A stretch of DNA of 64,000 nucleotides from Eledone cirrhosa (taxonomy: Eukaryota). A model generated the notes under the pieces. It made no database searches. It was given only the letters and a program-made list of their open reading frames with translations, and was not told where the DNA came from. The translations under genes and the position numbers were made by a program. Numbering within the stretch: the first letter of the stretch is position 1; every line of letters begins with the position of its first letter. Positions 28,131 to 42,045 of the stretch are shown here, one piece after another. The stretch lies in assembly GCA_964016885.1 (NCBI GenBank), contig OZ024755.1, positions 34,658,001 to 34,722,000 on the forward strand, written 5' to 3'.

Positions 28131-28621
28131 TGTTTGGGTGACTGTGTATTGGTTAATGTATTCTATCTTTACTAGTGTGTGTTTATATGTGTTTTTTGTT
28201 ATTGTGCTTGTGTATGTATTTATTTATTTATTAATCTATTTATTTATTTATACTTCTCTTAGGTCAGTGTTGTTTGTTTGGGTGTTGTTGTTATTCCATT
28301 CATTCTTTCTGTTTAGCCTTGGCCTTCTAAGTTCTATTTCCCTGGCCTCTCTGATTAGAAGCGCACACAATGCATATAAAAAATTTTCAGTCTTGGAAGA
28401 CTTTCATCAGTGAATTGCAATAAGATTTTTTATTTCTTTTCTGTCAGGAACTTTTTAGAATTGGTTAACAGTGGAAGTTTGAAAAGGTATAAGTTTAGTT
28501 GAAGTCACCCTAAAAACTGTTAGAATTTGAAAGAACAGATAATAAATGTTAGGGTATATTTTTCTTTTCTTCTCCTAAGTATAAGACTTCAGAATTGGAA
28601 AGGTGGGATATATAATAATAA

Positions 28622-29010
28622 TAATTGTTTCTACTTTTGGCACAAGGCCAGCAATTTCCCAGAGCATTACTTGTACTTTATTTTATCGACCCCGTAAGGA
28701 TGAAAGGCAAAGTCAACCTCGGCGCGATTTGAACTCAGATCGTAAAGAGACGTAACTATGCTGGAAAGCATGGCGTCCGACCCTCTACCGATACTGCCAA
28801 TCCACCGCCCTATATATATAATAATAATAATAATTGTTTCTACTTTTGGCACAAGGCCAGCAATTTCCCAGAGCATTACTGGTACTTTATTTTATCGACC
28901 CCGTAAGGATGAAAGGCAAAGTCAACCTCGGCAGGATTTGAACACAGAATGGCAAGGGCCGTAACTCTATGCGTCAAAACATGGCGTCCAACCTTCTACT
29001 GACACTGCCA
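28622..29010 (-). mobile_element. Two tandem full-length SINE A copies
   Basis: Reverse complement has A-box TGGCAGTATCGG, B-box GAGTTCAAATC, central domain and (AAT)n tail. Confidence 0.9.
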
Positions 29011-29154
29011 AAATGAAATTATTATGTACAGTGCTCAGGTGCACTACAACTCATCAAAGGTGCATGTATAGTACATAGAATCATATACAAATATCAGGGA
29101 AGTGAATAGTGTATGAGTAATGATATACATGTGTGCATGTGTAAGGAGGGGGAC

Positions 29155-29300
29155 ATCAGGTGTAGTTTTGGCGAATCTCAGGAAGGATGGAGGTTTTAAA
29201 GGATGCAGTGTCTCGACAGCTAACAACTGATGCAGGAAGTTTGTTCCATGTTTCAGCAACTCTGAGTGTGAAAACATGTTTCCGAAAATCATGGGAGCTG
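29155..29300 (-). mobile_element. CR1-type LINE 3' end
   Basis: FRKHVFTLRVAETWNKLPASVVSCRDTASFK. Confidence 0.8.
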
Positions 29301-30688
29301 TGTTGTTGTTGTTTAACAGCAATGGTAGAGGAAGACATACAAGCCAGGCACTGAAAGGACCAGTTTGGTAGCTGGACTAATTTCCCAAAGTCCATCCATC
29401 ATAAAAATATGGTATCTCTTTTTCTGACCTGGGATCTTTCGAAAGTTTGTGGCACATTGAAGGCAAACAGAAACATGACATTCACAACATCTAATCCATC
29501 GATTTCGGAAGGAGTTCTCTGCTTCTGTACATAGATGACAGACGTCATTTTCTGGGCAATGTTCTGTTTTGGAACATCGACCAGTTTTATTACACACTTC
29601 AAGCATGGATCTCACGATAGCTATTTTGTCCTGTCTGTCCATCCATACAGTAGAACAAGATGTAAATGTAAACAAATTAATATGCTGTGTAAGTTTAGCA
29701 CATTTAACGAGATAAATGTTTGTTTATGTATTTCTGTTTCTGTTTTCCTATGTATTGTGTGTGTATACAAAAAGATCCTCACACGAATATATAATTAAAA
29801 GGGTTAGAAGTGAAGTCAATGTTTGGTCGGTATAGTGTCACGCAAACATGCACTTGCATACATATACAAATAGATACACATGCAAACTAAAGAGGGATTG
29901 AAGGCGAAAAATTATATATGTTCTAGTTTAGAAGACAAAATATTTTGTTTTAAGAATTTTCCTTTTTCATCATCATCCACTCCACTCCATTAGATCTTTT
30001 AGTCTTTCTTTATTCACTTTCTCAATTAGCTCCTTTTATCCTAAGATGGTTCAGGATTTTATGAAGATTCATCGATAAATTGCAATTTTGCTTCAAGTTA
30101 AACAGACTACTATTTAGTTGATAAATTATTCCTATAGGGTTCAGAGTGTAAAAGAATTAAAGAGGTTAATAAGTTTTAGATACTTAGAAGAAAAGAGATG
30201 CAATGGGAAGAACGTAATATAATGGATCAATGAGGCTTCATCTGTTTAGCATAAGTGTTTAATACTTCAATAATTGAAAGTGTGACTACCACTCTCTTAT
30301 ATATAATCACAATCACTCAAATACCAGACGATCTGTAATTTTCCAGCTGCAATAGGTTTCACTTTACTCTGTAATCTTCTCGTTTTCTTCTCACCCTAGA
30401 CCTTTCCAAGTCAAACACACTATTTAAACTCTTCTTCTTCATCATCATCGTCACCTTCTCCTCCCTCTCCTCCGTCTCGTCTTCCATTCTAGACTACATA
30501 CAACACTTCTCATCCTATGTCTCCTTAAATATCAAAAACATTTTAAACCCAGCCTCCCCTTTCCTCCTTCCTTTACACTTCAGTCCATCTAAGACTACTT
30601 TATAAACCAATGACCTCACATCAATATTTTACAATATTTTATGGTAATGTTTAACTATTCATCTTATATGTAAACATAACACCATATA

Positions 30689-31122
30689 CAGGGTCGGCCA
30701 AAAGTCACTTCCTATTATTAAAAAAAATTCAAAATTAAAAAAAAATGTTTTTTTTCTTTCAGATTAAAGTTGAATAAAAACAAGATCCAATTATGAAATT
30801 TAATTTAAAGATGAAAAAAAATTATTTTTGAGTTAATTTGTAATGTTTTATCAATGGTTTCTTATATAGGCACAAGACCAGCAATTTTATGGGGGGGGGG
30901 GGGGTCGATTAAATCGACCCCACTGCGTGACTGGTACTTTATTTTATTGACCCTGTAAGGATGAAAAGCAAAGTTAACCTCGGCGAAATTTGAACTCAGA
31001 ACATAAAGGGCCGTAACTATATGCTGCAAAGCATGGTGTCCGACCCTCTACCGATACTGCCAATCCACTGCCCTCGTAATGTTTTATTAATAAAATATGT
31101 AAGTGATTTTTGGCCCAACCTG
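30689..31122. mobile_element. Tc1/mariner-like MITE containing a SINE A insertion
   Basis: TA-CAGGGTCGGCCAAAAGTCACTT ... AAGTGATTTTTGGCCCAACCTG-TA. Confidence 0.8.
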
Positions 31123-31534
31123 TATAAGACTGATTACAACATGCTACTGTAGGCCTCAAGGAGCTACCCTATCATGCACAACTACATTTATCTTTTCTAG
31201 ATAAATTTATTTTTCTCGATTCATGGAATTCTGCTCAATGTGTTTACTGTATAAATTACTGTATAAATTACTGTATAAATTTTATATTGCTCTCCTTCCT
31301 CTTTCAAGAATTTCCAGGTCTCATTAACCTAGGCTGTATAATATTGATTCTCAACCTAATTCGAACAATCATTTTAAATTTTAATTTACCTCTACTCTAT
31401 ATTCCCCTTTTCTTTATAAAGTGTGAAACTAATCAGACTTGTGTATCTTTGTTTTGTCATCTCCTTGATCTATCTATCTCTATATATATATGTATATATA
31501 TATATGTATATATATATATGTATATATATATGTA

Positions 31535-31750
31535 AAAGGTAAACAGAAATAACAACACAATCGGTACAGTATATGGAAGGAATATATCAGGTTAACAAAC
31601 ACTTGAAATAGCAGGAAGAGGGTCTTAACGTTTCAGACGCTAGTCCTTCATCAAAAGAAAGAATGAGAAATAAGATAGATTGAAGGGACGGGCGGGGTGG
31701 AATTGGAAGAAATGTCTTTAGATAAAAATAACAGGTTCATTCATGTTGAC
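31535..31750 (-). mobile_element. pLTR-like repeat with minimal HHR family B (31623-31658)
   Basis: Reverse complement tctt-TTGATGA-aggac tagc gtct-GAAACGTT-aaga; inverted sister copy at 36787-37000. Confidence 0.6.
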
Positions 31751-32871
31751 ATCTCTTGGAAAACATTTGGTGCTGGCGTTTTGTGTATGATTTATTTTTT
31801 GAGAAAAGTGGATCATGGAGCATGTCTACCTAAATGGAAAAAAAAAACGTTTATAAAAAGAGCTATACTTGTGCGCATGCATATATATGTGTGTGTGGGT
31901 AAATTTGGGGGTTTACCACTGAGGAGAATTGGTCATTCTGCAATATTAATTATCACGTAATATGAAAAAAGCACTCAACGTTATGCAATTCATCCATCCT
32001 ATATATCATCATCATCACCGTTTAACGTCTATCTTCCATGCTAGCATGGGTTTAGACGGGAATTATCCCACGTAAGGCAAGATTGGTTGTCTTGCTCGTA
32101 TAAGACTGTCTGGCAGGTTTTCTACGGCTGGATGCCCTTCCTAACACCAACCACGTTTACAGTGTGGACTGGGAGGTTGTTTTTATATATGTGTGTGTGT
32201 GCGTGTGTGTGTGTGTAATCAGGTTCAGTCAGGAGTAATCGGTGATATGAACTTGTGTCAGGGCTTTTTCATAGAACTGCAGAAGATACAAGATCCACTC
32301 CCGACAACATTTCACTTATCCACATAACATATATAGACTATATAGTTTTCAGAAGACCTAACATTTGCTATAAGTTAACATTTCCAGTTATCTTTCATTG
32401 ATTTATTACAGTATTTATATAATATATTTACAATCAACATTTTGCATTGATCTTTTGTAAATATTTACTTAATTTCAAATCTTTGTTTTATTGGTGAAAC
32501 TAAAGAAGACGGAATAGAAGATTGCAAATATTTCTTTGGGGACAAAAAAGAAAATGAAGAATCTCAGAAGCAAATGAATTATGTCTGAGAAAATAGATTT
32601 AAGTGAAATCTTAGAATATTCCAGTAATTGAATATAAATGTGTTATTTTGTTATGAAAAATGTGTTAAAGGTTATTTAATACAAGGTTGATGAAGTTTAT
32701 AGTTTATTGAATTATAAGCATATTTCAATAATCATATATGGTACTTTGTCTCTTGTCTTCCAACCAAATATTGTGCAAATGTAGAGGACGTTAACATACA
32801 GATATATTATATAAATCTACACCTGAACATTCATACATACTTAACACAAAGATCATAATCATTAATATAAC

Positions 32872-32940
<69 letters not shown>

Positions 32941-33189
32941 TATTTATATATATGTGTGTGTATATAATATATTTCTTCATTGTATTGTGTTGTTTGCTTT
33001 GTTATTTCTGTTTGCTGTTTACACGTATGTATATGAATATATATATATATATAGTGGCTGCCAACTCGTTTTCGAGTACTGCCACTACTTCATATCCATG
33101 TATATACATATATATATACATACATATATATACATATATATATATATGCATACATATATATATATATACATATATTTATATATGCATAC

Positions 33190-33805
33190 ATGGTGGCTGC
33201 CAACTCGTTTTCGAGTACAGCCACTACTTTATATCCATGTAGAAGAACCCCTACCGATGCACTGAACGAGTGTGACTTTTTAGTCCAGCCAGCGACTTGA
33301 AAACTCTGGTACAAAACTACACTTGTGACAATTATTGACACATAGTGCTGGGCCCATGGTACCCTGTGACGACAAGTGCAGAGATCTCCAGATATACAGC
33401 AATGCCTGTGCCGTGAAGCTTTTATAGTGAGCAAAGGCACTGCACAAAGCCAGTCCCACTTTCTTAACCAAGATGATATTTACCAAAAAGAAGAACAAGT
33501 CAACATCATTGGATACCATCAGGGTTGCAGGTGTTATATCAGAGTTTTCCTTCTCCTAGAATTCTGCCTTGACAAAGGCCAAGGGGTCATCTCTCCCGTT
33601 GATGGCCATTGACTCTTAAGAGCTCCTTTGCCCTTTGACAGGTTTTGTTTTTAGTCCTGCAGGATGTCCAAAGTCGCCCTCCTCACCAAGAAACCTTGGT
33701 GGGGTTGCCAGTTTAGTCGCCAACGACCCGACCATGGGACAGGTCGTACTGGGATACATGTTACCAGTAGCACCAACTGGTGACCTGACATTCTTGACCT
33801 GATCA
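33190..33805 (-). mobile_element. Internally deleted (bipartite) non-autonomous RTE derivative, copy 1
   Basis: RTE-like 5' motifs (ctggcaaccccacc, aggagaaggaaaactctg) joined to a C-terminal C2H2 finger [19 protein letters not shown]. Confidence 0.6.
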
Positions 33806-33888
33806 TGCATACATATAAATATACAAACATATATACATATATATATACATACATATATATATATATATATATACATACATATATATAT

Positions 33889-33919
<31 letters not shown>

Positions 33920-33950
33920 CATACATATATATATATATACATACACATAC

Positions 33951-33981
<31 letters not shown>

Positions 33982-34040
33982 CATACATATATATATATAT
34001 ATACATACATATATATATATATACATACATATATATATAT

Positions 34041-34109
<69 letters not shown>

Positions 34110-34144
34110 CATACATATATATATATACATACATATATACATAC

Positions 34145-34175
<31 letters not shown>

Positions 34176-34833
34176 CATATATATATATACATATATACAT
34201 ACATATATATATATACATATATATACACACATACATATTTATATATATACATATATACACACATACATATTTATATATATACATACATACATACATACAT
34301 ATTTATATACATACATACATACATACATATTTATATATATACATACATACATACATATTTATATATATACATACATACATACATACATACATATTTATAT
34401 ACATACATACATACATACATATTTATATATATACATACATACATACATATTTATATATATACATACATACATACATACATACATATTTATATATATACAT
34501 ACATACATACATACATACATATTTATATATATACATACATACATACATATTTATATATATACATACATACATATATATATATATATAATATACACATACA
34601 TATTTATATATACATACATACATATATACACATACATATTTATATATACATACATATTTATATATACATACATACATATATATATACATATATATATACA
34701 TATATACACATACATATATACACACACATATTTATATATACATACATATATATATATATATATATCTACATATATACACATACATACATATATACACATA
34801 CATATTTATATATACATACATATATATATATAC

Positions 34834-34866
<33 letters not shown>

Positions 34867-34892
34867 CATACATATATATATACATACATATA

Positions 34893-34962
<70 letters not shown>

Positions 34963-34963
34963 C

Positions 34964-34994
<31 letters not shown>

Positions 34995-35041
34995 CATATA
35001 TATACTTACATACATATATATACATACATACATATATATAC

Positions 35042-35075
<34 letters not shown>

Positions 35076-35656
35076 ATACATGGCGGCTGCCAACTCGTTT
35101 TTCGAGTACGGCCACTACTTTATATCCATGTAGGAGAACTCCTACCGATGTGCTGAACGAGTGTGACTCTTTAGTCCAGCCAGCGACTTGAAAACTCTGG
35201 TACAAACACTACACTTGTGACAATTATTGACACATAGTGCTGGGCCCATGGTACCATATGTCGACAAGTGCAGAGAGAGCTCCAGATATAAAGCAATGCC
35301 TGTGCCGTGAAGCTTTTATAGTGAGCAAAGGCATTGCACAAAGCCAGTCCCACTCTCTTAACCAAGAGGATATTTACCAAAAAGAAGAACAAGTCAACAT
35401 CATTGGATACCATCAGGGTTGCAGGTGTTATATCAGAGTTTTCCTTCTCCTAGAATTCTGCCTTGACAAAGGCTAAGGGGTCATCTCTCCCGGTGGTTTT
35501 GGATGGCCATTGACTCTTAAGAGCTCCTTTGCCCTTTGACAGGTTTTGTTTTTAGTCCCGCAGGATGTCCAAAGTCACCCTCCTCACCAAGAAACCTTGG
35601 TGGGGTTGCCAGTTTAGTCGCCAACGACCCGACCATGACACATATATATACATACA

Positions 35657-35688
<32 letters not shown>

Positions 35689-35713
35689 CATATATATACA
35701 TACATACATATAT

Positions 35714-35786
<73 letters not shown>

Positions 35787-35899
35787 CATATATATATATA
35801 TATATATACATACATACATATATATACATACATACATATATATATATACATACATACATATATATATATACATACATACATATATATATATATACATAC

Positions 35900-35930
<31 letters not shown>

Positions 35931-35947
35931 CATACATATATATATAT

Positions 35948-35996
<49 letters not shown>

Positions 35997-36118
35997 TATA
36001 TATACATACATATACACATATATATATATATATACATACATATACACATATATATATATACATACATATACACATATATATATATACATACATATACACA
36101 CATATATATATATATATC
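33806..36118. repeat. Long (TA)/(TACA) compound microsatellites flanking copy 2 of the bipartite element (35080-35637)
   Basis: Directly visible. Confidence 0.95.
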
Positions 36119-36742
36119 AGATGTTGTTTACTCGAGAGAAGACTACGTTGGTACAGTCACGTGATGTGCATGAAAGACGACAGCTGTATAAAAAAGTGCA
36201 GGGCGATAAAAATAGACGGTAGCCATGGAGTAGGCAAACTCAGAAAAACCTGGGACGACTTGATAAATTCCGACCTCCCACACTTACACCTCTCCAAGAC
36301 AATGTCACTGGACCGAGATCTTTGGCGCTACACAGTTATACAGAAGACCCGCCTTGCCTAAGTACAAAGCGAAACCTACAGTCAGTAGGCACCTCTAACA
36401 AAATACACCCCCGTCCCACTACCCCCACCCCATCCACACGACCCCCTTTAATGTGAAGTTATGTTGGTACCACAACATCCAGTCCAAAACAAATGAGGTC
36501 GTGTAGGTGTCACTACAAAAAAACACACAGTTCACGCTGTAATGTGGCCGTGTAGGTAACACGGTAAAAACCTCCCAGTCCACACTGGTTGGTGTTAGGA
36601 AGGGCATCCAGCCTTAGAAAACCCGCCAGACAGTCCTATACGAGCAGGACAACCAATCTTGCCTCAAGTGGGACAACTCCCGTCCAAACCCATGCAAGCG
36701 TGGAATATGGACGTTAAACGATGATGACGATGATGTTGATGA
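36119..36742 (+). mobile_element. RTE 3' end with full 3' UTR
   Basis: [24 protein letters not shown]; (TGA)n tail. Confidence 0.9.
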
Positions 36743-36786
36743 TATGAGAGAGAGAGTGAAAAAGAGAAAGAGAGAAAAGATAAAGA

Positions 36787-37000
36787 GATGTCAACATGAA
36801 TAGACCTGTTATTTTTATCTAAAGACATTTCTTCCAATTCCACCCCGCCCGTCTCTTCAATCTATCTTATTCCTCATTCTTTCTTCTAATGAAGGACTAG
36901 CATCCGAAACGTTAAGACCCTCTTCCTGCTATCTCAAGTGCTAACCTGATATATTCCTTCCATATACTGTACCGATTGTGTTTTTATTTCTGTTTACCTA
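36787..37000 (+). mobile_element. pLTR-like repeat with minimal HHR family B (36882-36917)
   Basis: tctt-CTAATGA-aggac tagc atcc-GAAACGTT-aaga. Confidence 0.6.
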
Positions 37001-37253
37001 TCACATACATATATATATATATACATACATACACACACATACATATATATATATGTAGAAGTTCTATTTAAATTGTTGGGATACAACAAGCAAATATTTT
37101 TATAACTGATATAAAGCACTCAACAAATAATTGGAGTAAAAATACGATATTAACAAATGGAAACTATATTTATAAAACCATATTTATTTCATTATACATA
37201 TTTCGAAATATGTATAATGAAATAATTATATATATATATATACACACACACAT

Positions 37254-37298
<45 letters not shown>

Positions 37299-37351
37299 TA
37301 TATATATATATACACACACACATACACACATATATATATACACACACACAC

Positions 37352-37391
<40 letters not shown>

Positions 37392-37761
37392 TATACATAT
37401 ATATATATCGAAAGGTTGTGAGTTCAATTCTTGGACCAAGTGATGTTTTGTTTCCTTGAGCAAGACACTTTATTTCACATTGCTCCAGTTTACTCAGCTG
37501 TAGAAATGAGATGATAAGGACTGGGGAGTCCCTATCATTCCACTGCAAAGTGGCCGTGGAGATGCCACGGCAAAAAAAAGCACCCAGCACTCACTGTAAA
37601 TGAGGTTGGTGTTAGGAAGGGCATCCAGCTGTAGAAATCAAGCCAGAATCAGTTCCCGTCCCACCCTTGCAAGCAGGGAAAAAGCGGACGTAAAATAATG
37701 ATGATGATGATGATATATATATATATACATATGTATATATAGAGAGAGAGAGAGTGAGAGA

Positions 37762-37825
<64 letters not shown>

Positions 37826-38424
37826 CATAGTAAATGTTCCTCTCACTATTTGTAATAAAATGTTTTGTTACCATGGTAATTGAAAAATAGTGTGCTCTGC
37901 ATCTGTTGAATCAGAGATAGCGTTTCAACTATATTTACAACACACTTTAATATCTCCCATTCAGCCTTATCATTATATTATAATTTCCTGAGACACCAAT
38001 TCAATGTGGATCTCTATATTTTGACACAAACGTAACTCTTATCTGTACTTTACTTTCTATTAATTCACTTTTGCCTTTCTATTTGTACCTAAAACATTAA
38101 CAAGTTCAGCGTGATACATGTGATGTATCTATGTATGTATTATTATGTGGTGTATGTAAAGGGTGGTGGATTGGCAGTATCTGTAGAGGGTCGGGCGCCA
38201 TGCTTTGACGCATGGAGTTACGGCCCTTGCCATTCTGAGTTCAAATCCCGCCGAGGTAAACTTTGCCTTTCATCCTTACGGGGGTCGATAAAATAATGTA
38301 CCAGTAATGTACTGGATAATTGTGGCCTTGTGCCAAAAGTAGAAACAATTTTGTGGTGTATGTATGTATCTATATATGTGTGTGTGTGTGTATGGATTTA
38401 TATATATGTATACATGTATCTGTG

Positions 38425-38473
<49 letters not shown>

Positions 38474-39529
38474 GGAAATCAGTAAAATCGAATCTCTGGC
38501 AGTTTGCAGGTAAATTCGGCCTACTTATATGATGAAATGATGAGTTAGCAAAGCACTCAATAAGATAGGGCCTTAGAGTATATATGTTAGCAAGAGCAAT
38601 ATATATATATGTATCATCATCATCATCGTCATCATCGTTTAATGTCTATCTTCCACGCTAGCATGGGTTAGACGAGTTTGTCCCACTTGTGGCAAGAATG
38701 GTGGGGTGACCATGTCTCGCTCGTACAGAACTATTTCTGGCAGGTTTTCTATGGCTGGTTGCCAACTACATCAACAGTGTGGACTGGGAGCCTTTTTACC
38801 GTGTCTCCTACACAACCACTTTACAGTGTGGAGTGGGTGCTTTTTGTTGTGTCACCTACATGACCACTTTACAGTATGGATTGGATGTTCTCTGGTACCA
38901 TCAGGAGATGACAAAACAGAGGTAAAAAAAGTCTTATTAGTTTCATGCTTTATATGAAACAGAAGAAAGACAGTTTGACGTGTCAGGCTTTAGCCCTTCA
39001 TCAGGTCTATTGGATGCTCCGTATAAAATGCTTCCTCTTTTTTTTAATTATATTTTATGTTATATTTTGACATTTATAAGCATTTTTATGGACCACATCC
39101 AATATTTGTGGTTTTTCACTCAGCCCCCATGAATACTAAGGGACAGATGTATGTGTGTGTGTATGTGTGTGTGTGTACATGTGCAAGTATTTGTGAAAAC
39201 ATACGTTATTCAACAATCTCTGACTTTGGTGATGTAATCTGAAAAGCAATGAAGAAGCTGAAATTATACAGTCTGGACATAAAACATTAATTAACCATCA
39301 AGAAACTTGTATAAGTTTGAGTATTGAGAATAGTCATCATAATGAAGCTAGAGAAGAGGTTAATATGGCAGCTACATATCAAGAAGTTATACTTAATAAG
39401 TCTCATGTTGAGTCATATATTCCTGTTAAACATTAATGAATCAGATGAGACAGACTTGTCAAATTCTCAACAAAATTAGAATATTATTTATACTGATCAT
39501 ACTACATGGCTAAGGATGATTACAGATGT

Positions 39530-39970
39530 ATTACTAAGATATCTTACTATTAAACATGAGATATACTAAAATATCTTGTTATTAAACATGAGATATACTA
39601 AGATATCTTACTATTAAACATGGGATATACTAAGATATCTCATTATTAAACATGAGATATACTAAGATATTTTATTATTAAACATGAGATATACTTAGAT
39701 ATCTTATGATTAAACATGAGATATACTAAGATATCTCATTAATAAACATCTGATATACTAAGATATCTTATTATTAAACATGAGATATACTAAGATATTT
39801 TGTTATTAAACATGAGATATACTAAGATATCTTATTATTAAACATGAGATATACTAAGACATCTTACTATTAAACATGAGATATTCTATGATATCTTACA
39901 ATTAAACATCTGATATATTAAGATATCTTATTAAACATGAGATATACTAAGATATCTTATTAAACATGAG
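39530..39970. repeat. 33-bp minisatellite, about 13 copies
   Basis: gatatactaagatatcttattattaaacatga units. Confidence 0.95.
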
Positions 39971-40014
39971 CCAACGGAAGGAACAGATTTTAAATAACAA
40001 AATATATATATATA

Positions 40015-40376
40015 TAGTGTACCCCTCGTCATTTGCAGTCCTGGTTATTCAAGGAATTTTCTTTAGAACCTAACTAATAATTGTCCATGGAAACCACCGC
40101 ATATTTGTGGAACCGTAAATATCTTCCGCAATTTTTTTATGGCTTTTTTCATGGCAATGTATATTTTTTAACGCAAACTTATTAATAACAATACCCCGTA
40201 TTTGCCAACCCCGTATTTGCTGCTCCTTTGCATAAGATGCTTGCTCTTTTTTTAATTTTTTTAAAATTATATTTTAAGTTATATTTTGACGTTTATACCA
40301 CGTCCAATATTCGCATTTTTTCACTCCTCGTGGGTACTCTAGGAACATAACCCCTGCAAATCCCGGGGGGAAACTG
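40015..40376. mobile_element. Tigger/pogo-like MITE (degenerate)
   Basis: Imperfect TIRs tagtgtacccctcgtcatttgcag / ctgcaaatcccggggggaaactg, TA flanks. Confidence 0.5.
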
Positions 40377-40599
40377 TATATATTCTTTGTTATATAACAG
40401 AAAGCTTAACCAATGGTGAAGTTATCCATAGAGGATGGTTCTGATATTCAATATATACAGACACTGTTTTGTTTCTGTTACAAGTTTTTACATCAGTGTG
40501 AGTGTGTGTCCTTGAAACATATACATATACAGCAGGTCCAAACACAAAGGAACCAAACACCCACTGTCACTGCCTCCCTCTTTCCACATCTCTCACTAT

Positions 40600-40950
40600 T
40601 ATGAGCAAATGGGGGCCCATGTGCTGGCTGCCCTGTGGCCCCCAGTGGACAGAATAGAGGAGTATCCCCAGAAGATGGTGAGGGAGATGCACTGGAAGAG
40701 CCATTCTAGCTTGTGAGGATCACACCTACAGGCAGCCAACTCTGTGCCGATGGTGATGAGTTGAGAGATGGTCCTAGGGTGAAGGACACCAGAAGTCTCC
40801 ACTGCTATGGGCTCAGCCGCAAACCTGTCGGAGAGCAACCAATATCTGGAGAGTTTACACTCCTCAACCCGATGTGCTGCAGAACTTGGGTTAGTCGCAG
40901 ACTGCACCAGCTGGCTGCTGGAGGATGTTATTTACTAATGCCTCTTTAAG
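40600..40950 (-). mobile_element. CRE-clade retrotransposon C-terminal fragment
   Basis: EECKLSRY..PIAVETSGVL..WLFQCISLTI. Confidence 0.75.
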
Positions 40951-41528
40951 CAGAGACTGGACATTATCTGAGGAGGACAGTAATAATTAGTACAACATAA
41001 CAGCACAGTTAGACTTGTATAAGAATATAAGAAAACAAATAACCATCTTAATAATTACTGCAAACAATGTGTCACGACAAAAAAGCACCCAGTCCACGCT
41101 GTAAAGTGGTTGTGTAGGAGACGTGGTAAAAAGGCTCCCAGTTCACACTGTAAATGTGGTTGGTGTTAGGAAGGGCATCCAGCCACAGAAAACCTGCCAG
41201 ATACAGTCCTATACAAGCGAGACACAGTCTACCAATCAATCTTGCCACAAGTGGGACAATTCCCGCCTAACCCATGCTAGCGTGGAAGATAGACGTTAAA
41301 CGATGATGATGAAAATGAAGATTAATAATAATAATAATAATTGTTTATACTTTTGGCACAAGGCCAGCAATTACACCAGTTTATTACTGGTACTTTATGT
41401 ATCGACCCCGTAAGGATGAAAGGCAAAGTTAACCTCGGCGGAATTTGAACTCAGAATGGCAAGGGCCGTAACTCTATGCGTCAAAGCATGGCGTCCGAGC
41501 CTCTACCGATACTGCCAATCCACCGCCC

Positions 41529-41569
<41 letters not shown>

Positions 41570-41689
41570 TACTACTTCAAAAGAGAAGTCACTGGCAAAT
41601 GATAAAAATAAAAGATTATGAGAATCAAACACTTATTGAAAAGAAATAGAAATATTAGTGTACAGATTTTGGAAGAATGATCTTCTTAA

Positions 41690-42045
41690 GAAGAATCTTG
41701 CAGGACAAAAAATAAAACCTGAAAAAGGACAGAAGAACTCATAAAAGTCAACGGCCATCTAAAAATAAGAAATCCTGCCAGTAGCAGTGGTTCCAGCTGC
41801 ACACATCGAAAGACTGGTGTAGTGGTTCTGAGAACAATGTGGCTTTGCAGATGATCAATACAAATTGACAATGGAAAAACTCTCCCGCTCGAGTTAGAAG
41901 AGAACTATTGACCTTCAGGAGAAGCAGTGACCCCAGATTGTATTCAGCAACCGAAACAAATATGAAGTACACCAAATCCAATGCTCCTAGGGGCGGCCCT
42001 GGTTCTTCTTATTAGCAAGTGTAAACTCAGCCAGATTAGATTAGT
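41690..42045 (+). mobile_element. LINE 5'-region-like repeat (reverse-complement sister at 61570-62005)
   Basis: Near-identical ORF-track peptides MDLVYFIFVSVAEYN..; sister shares actaaactggcaacccc with the 33190-33805 element. Confidence 0.55.

Noticed and set aside
28330-28610. Third Penelope RT thumb fragment (LIRSAH...EDFHQ)
   Set aside because: Too degenerate to support without a profile search
33616-36222. Long YI/HT/CV-rich ORFs (also at 191-811, 15149-16322 and 50004-51642)
   Set aside because: Microsatellite or minisatellite translations
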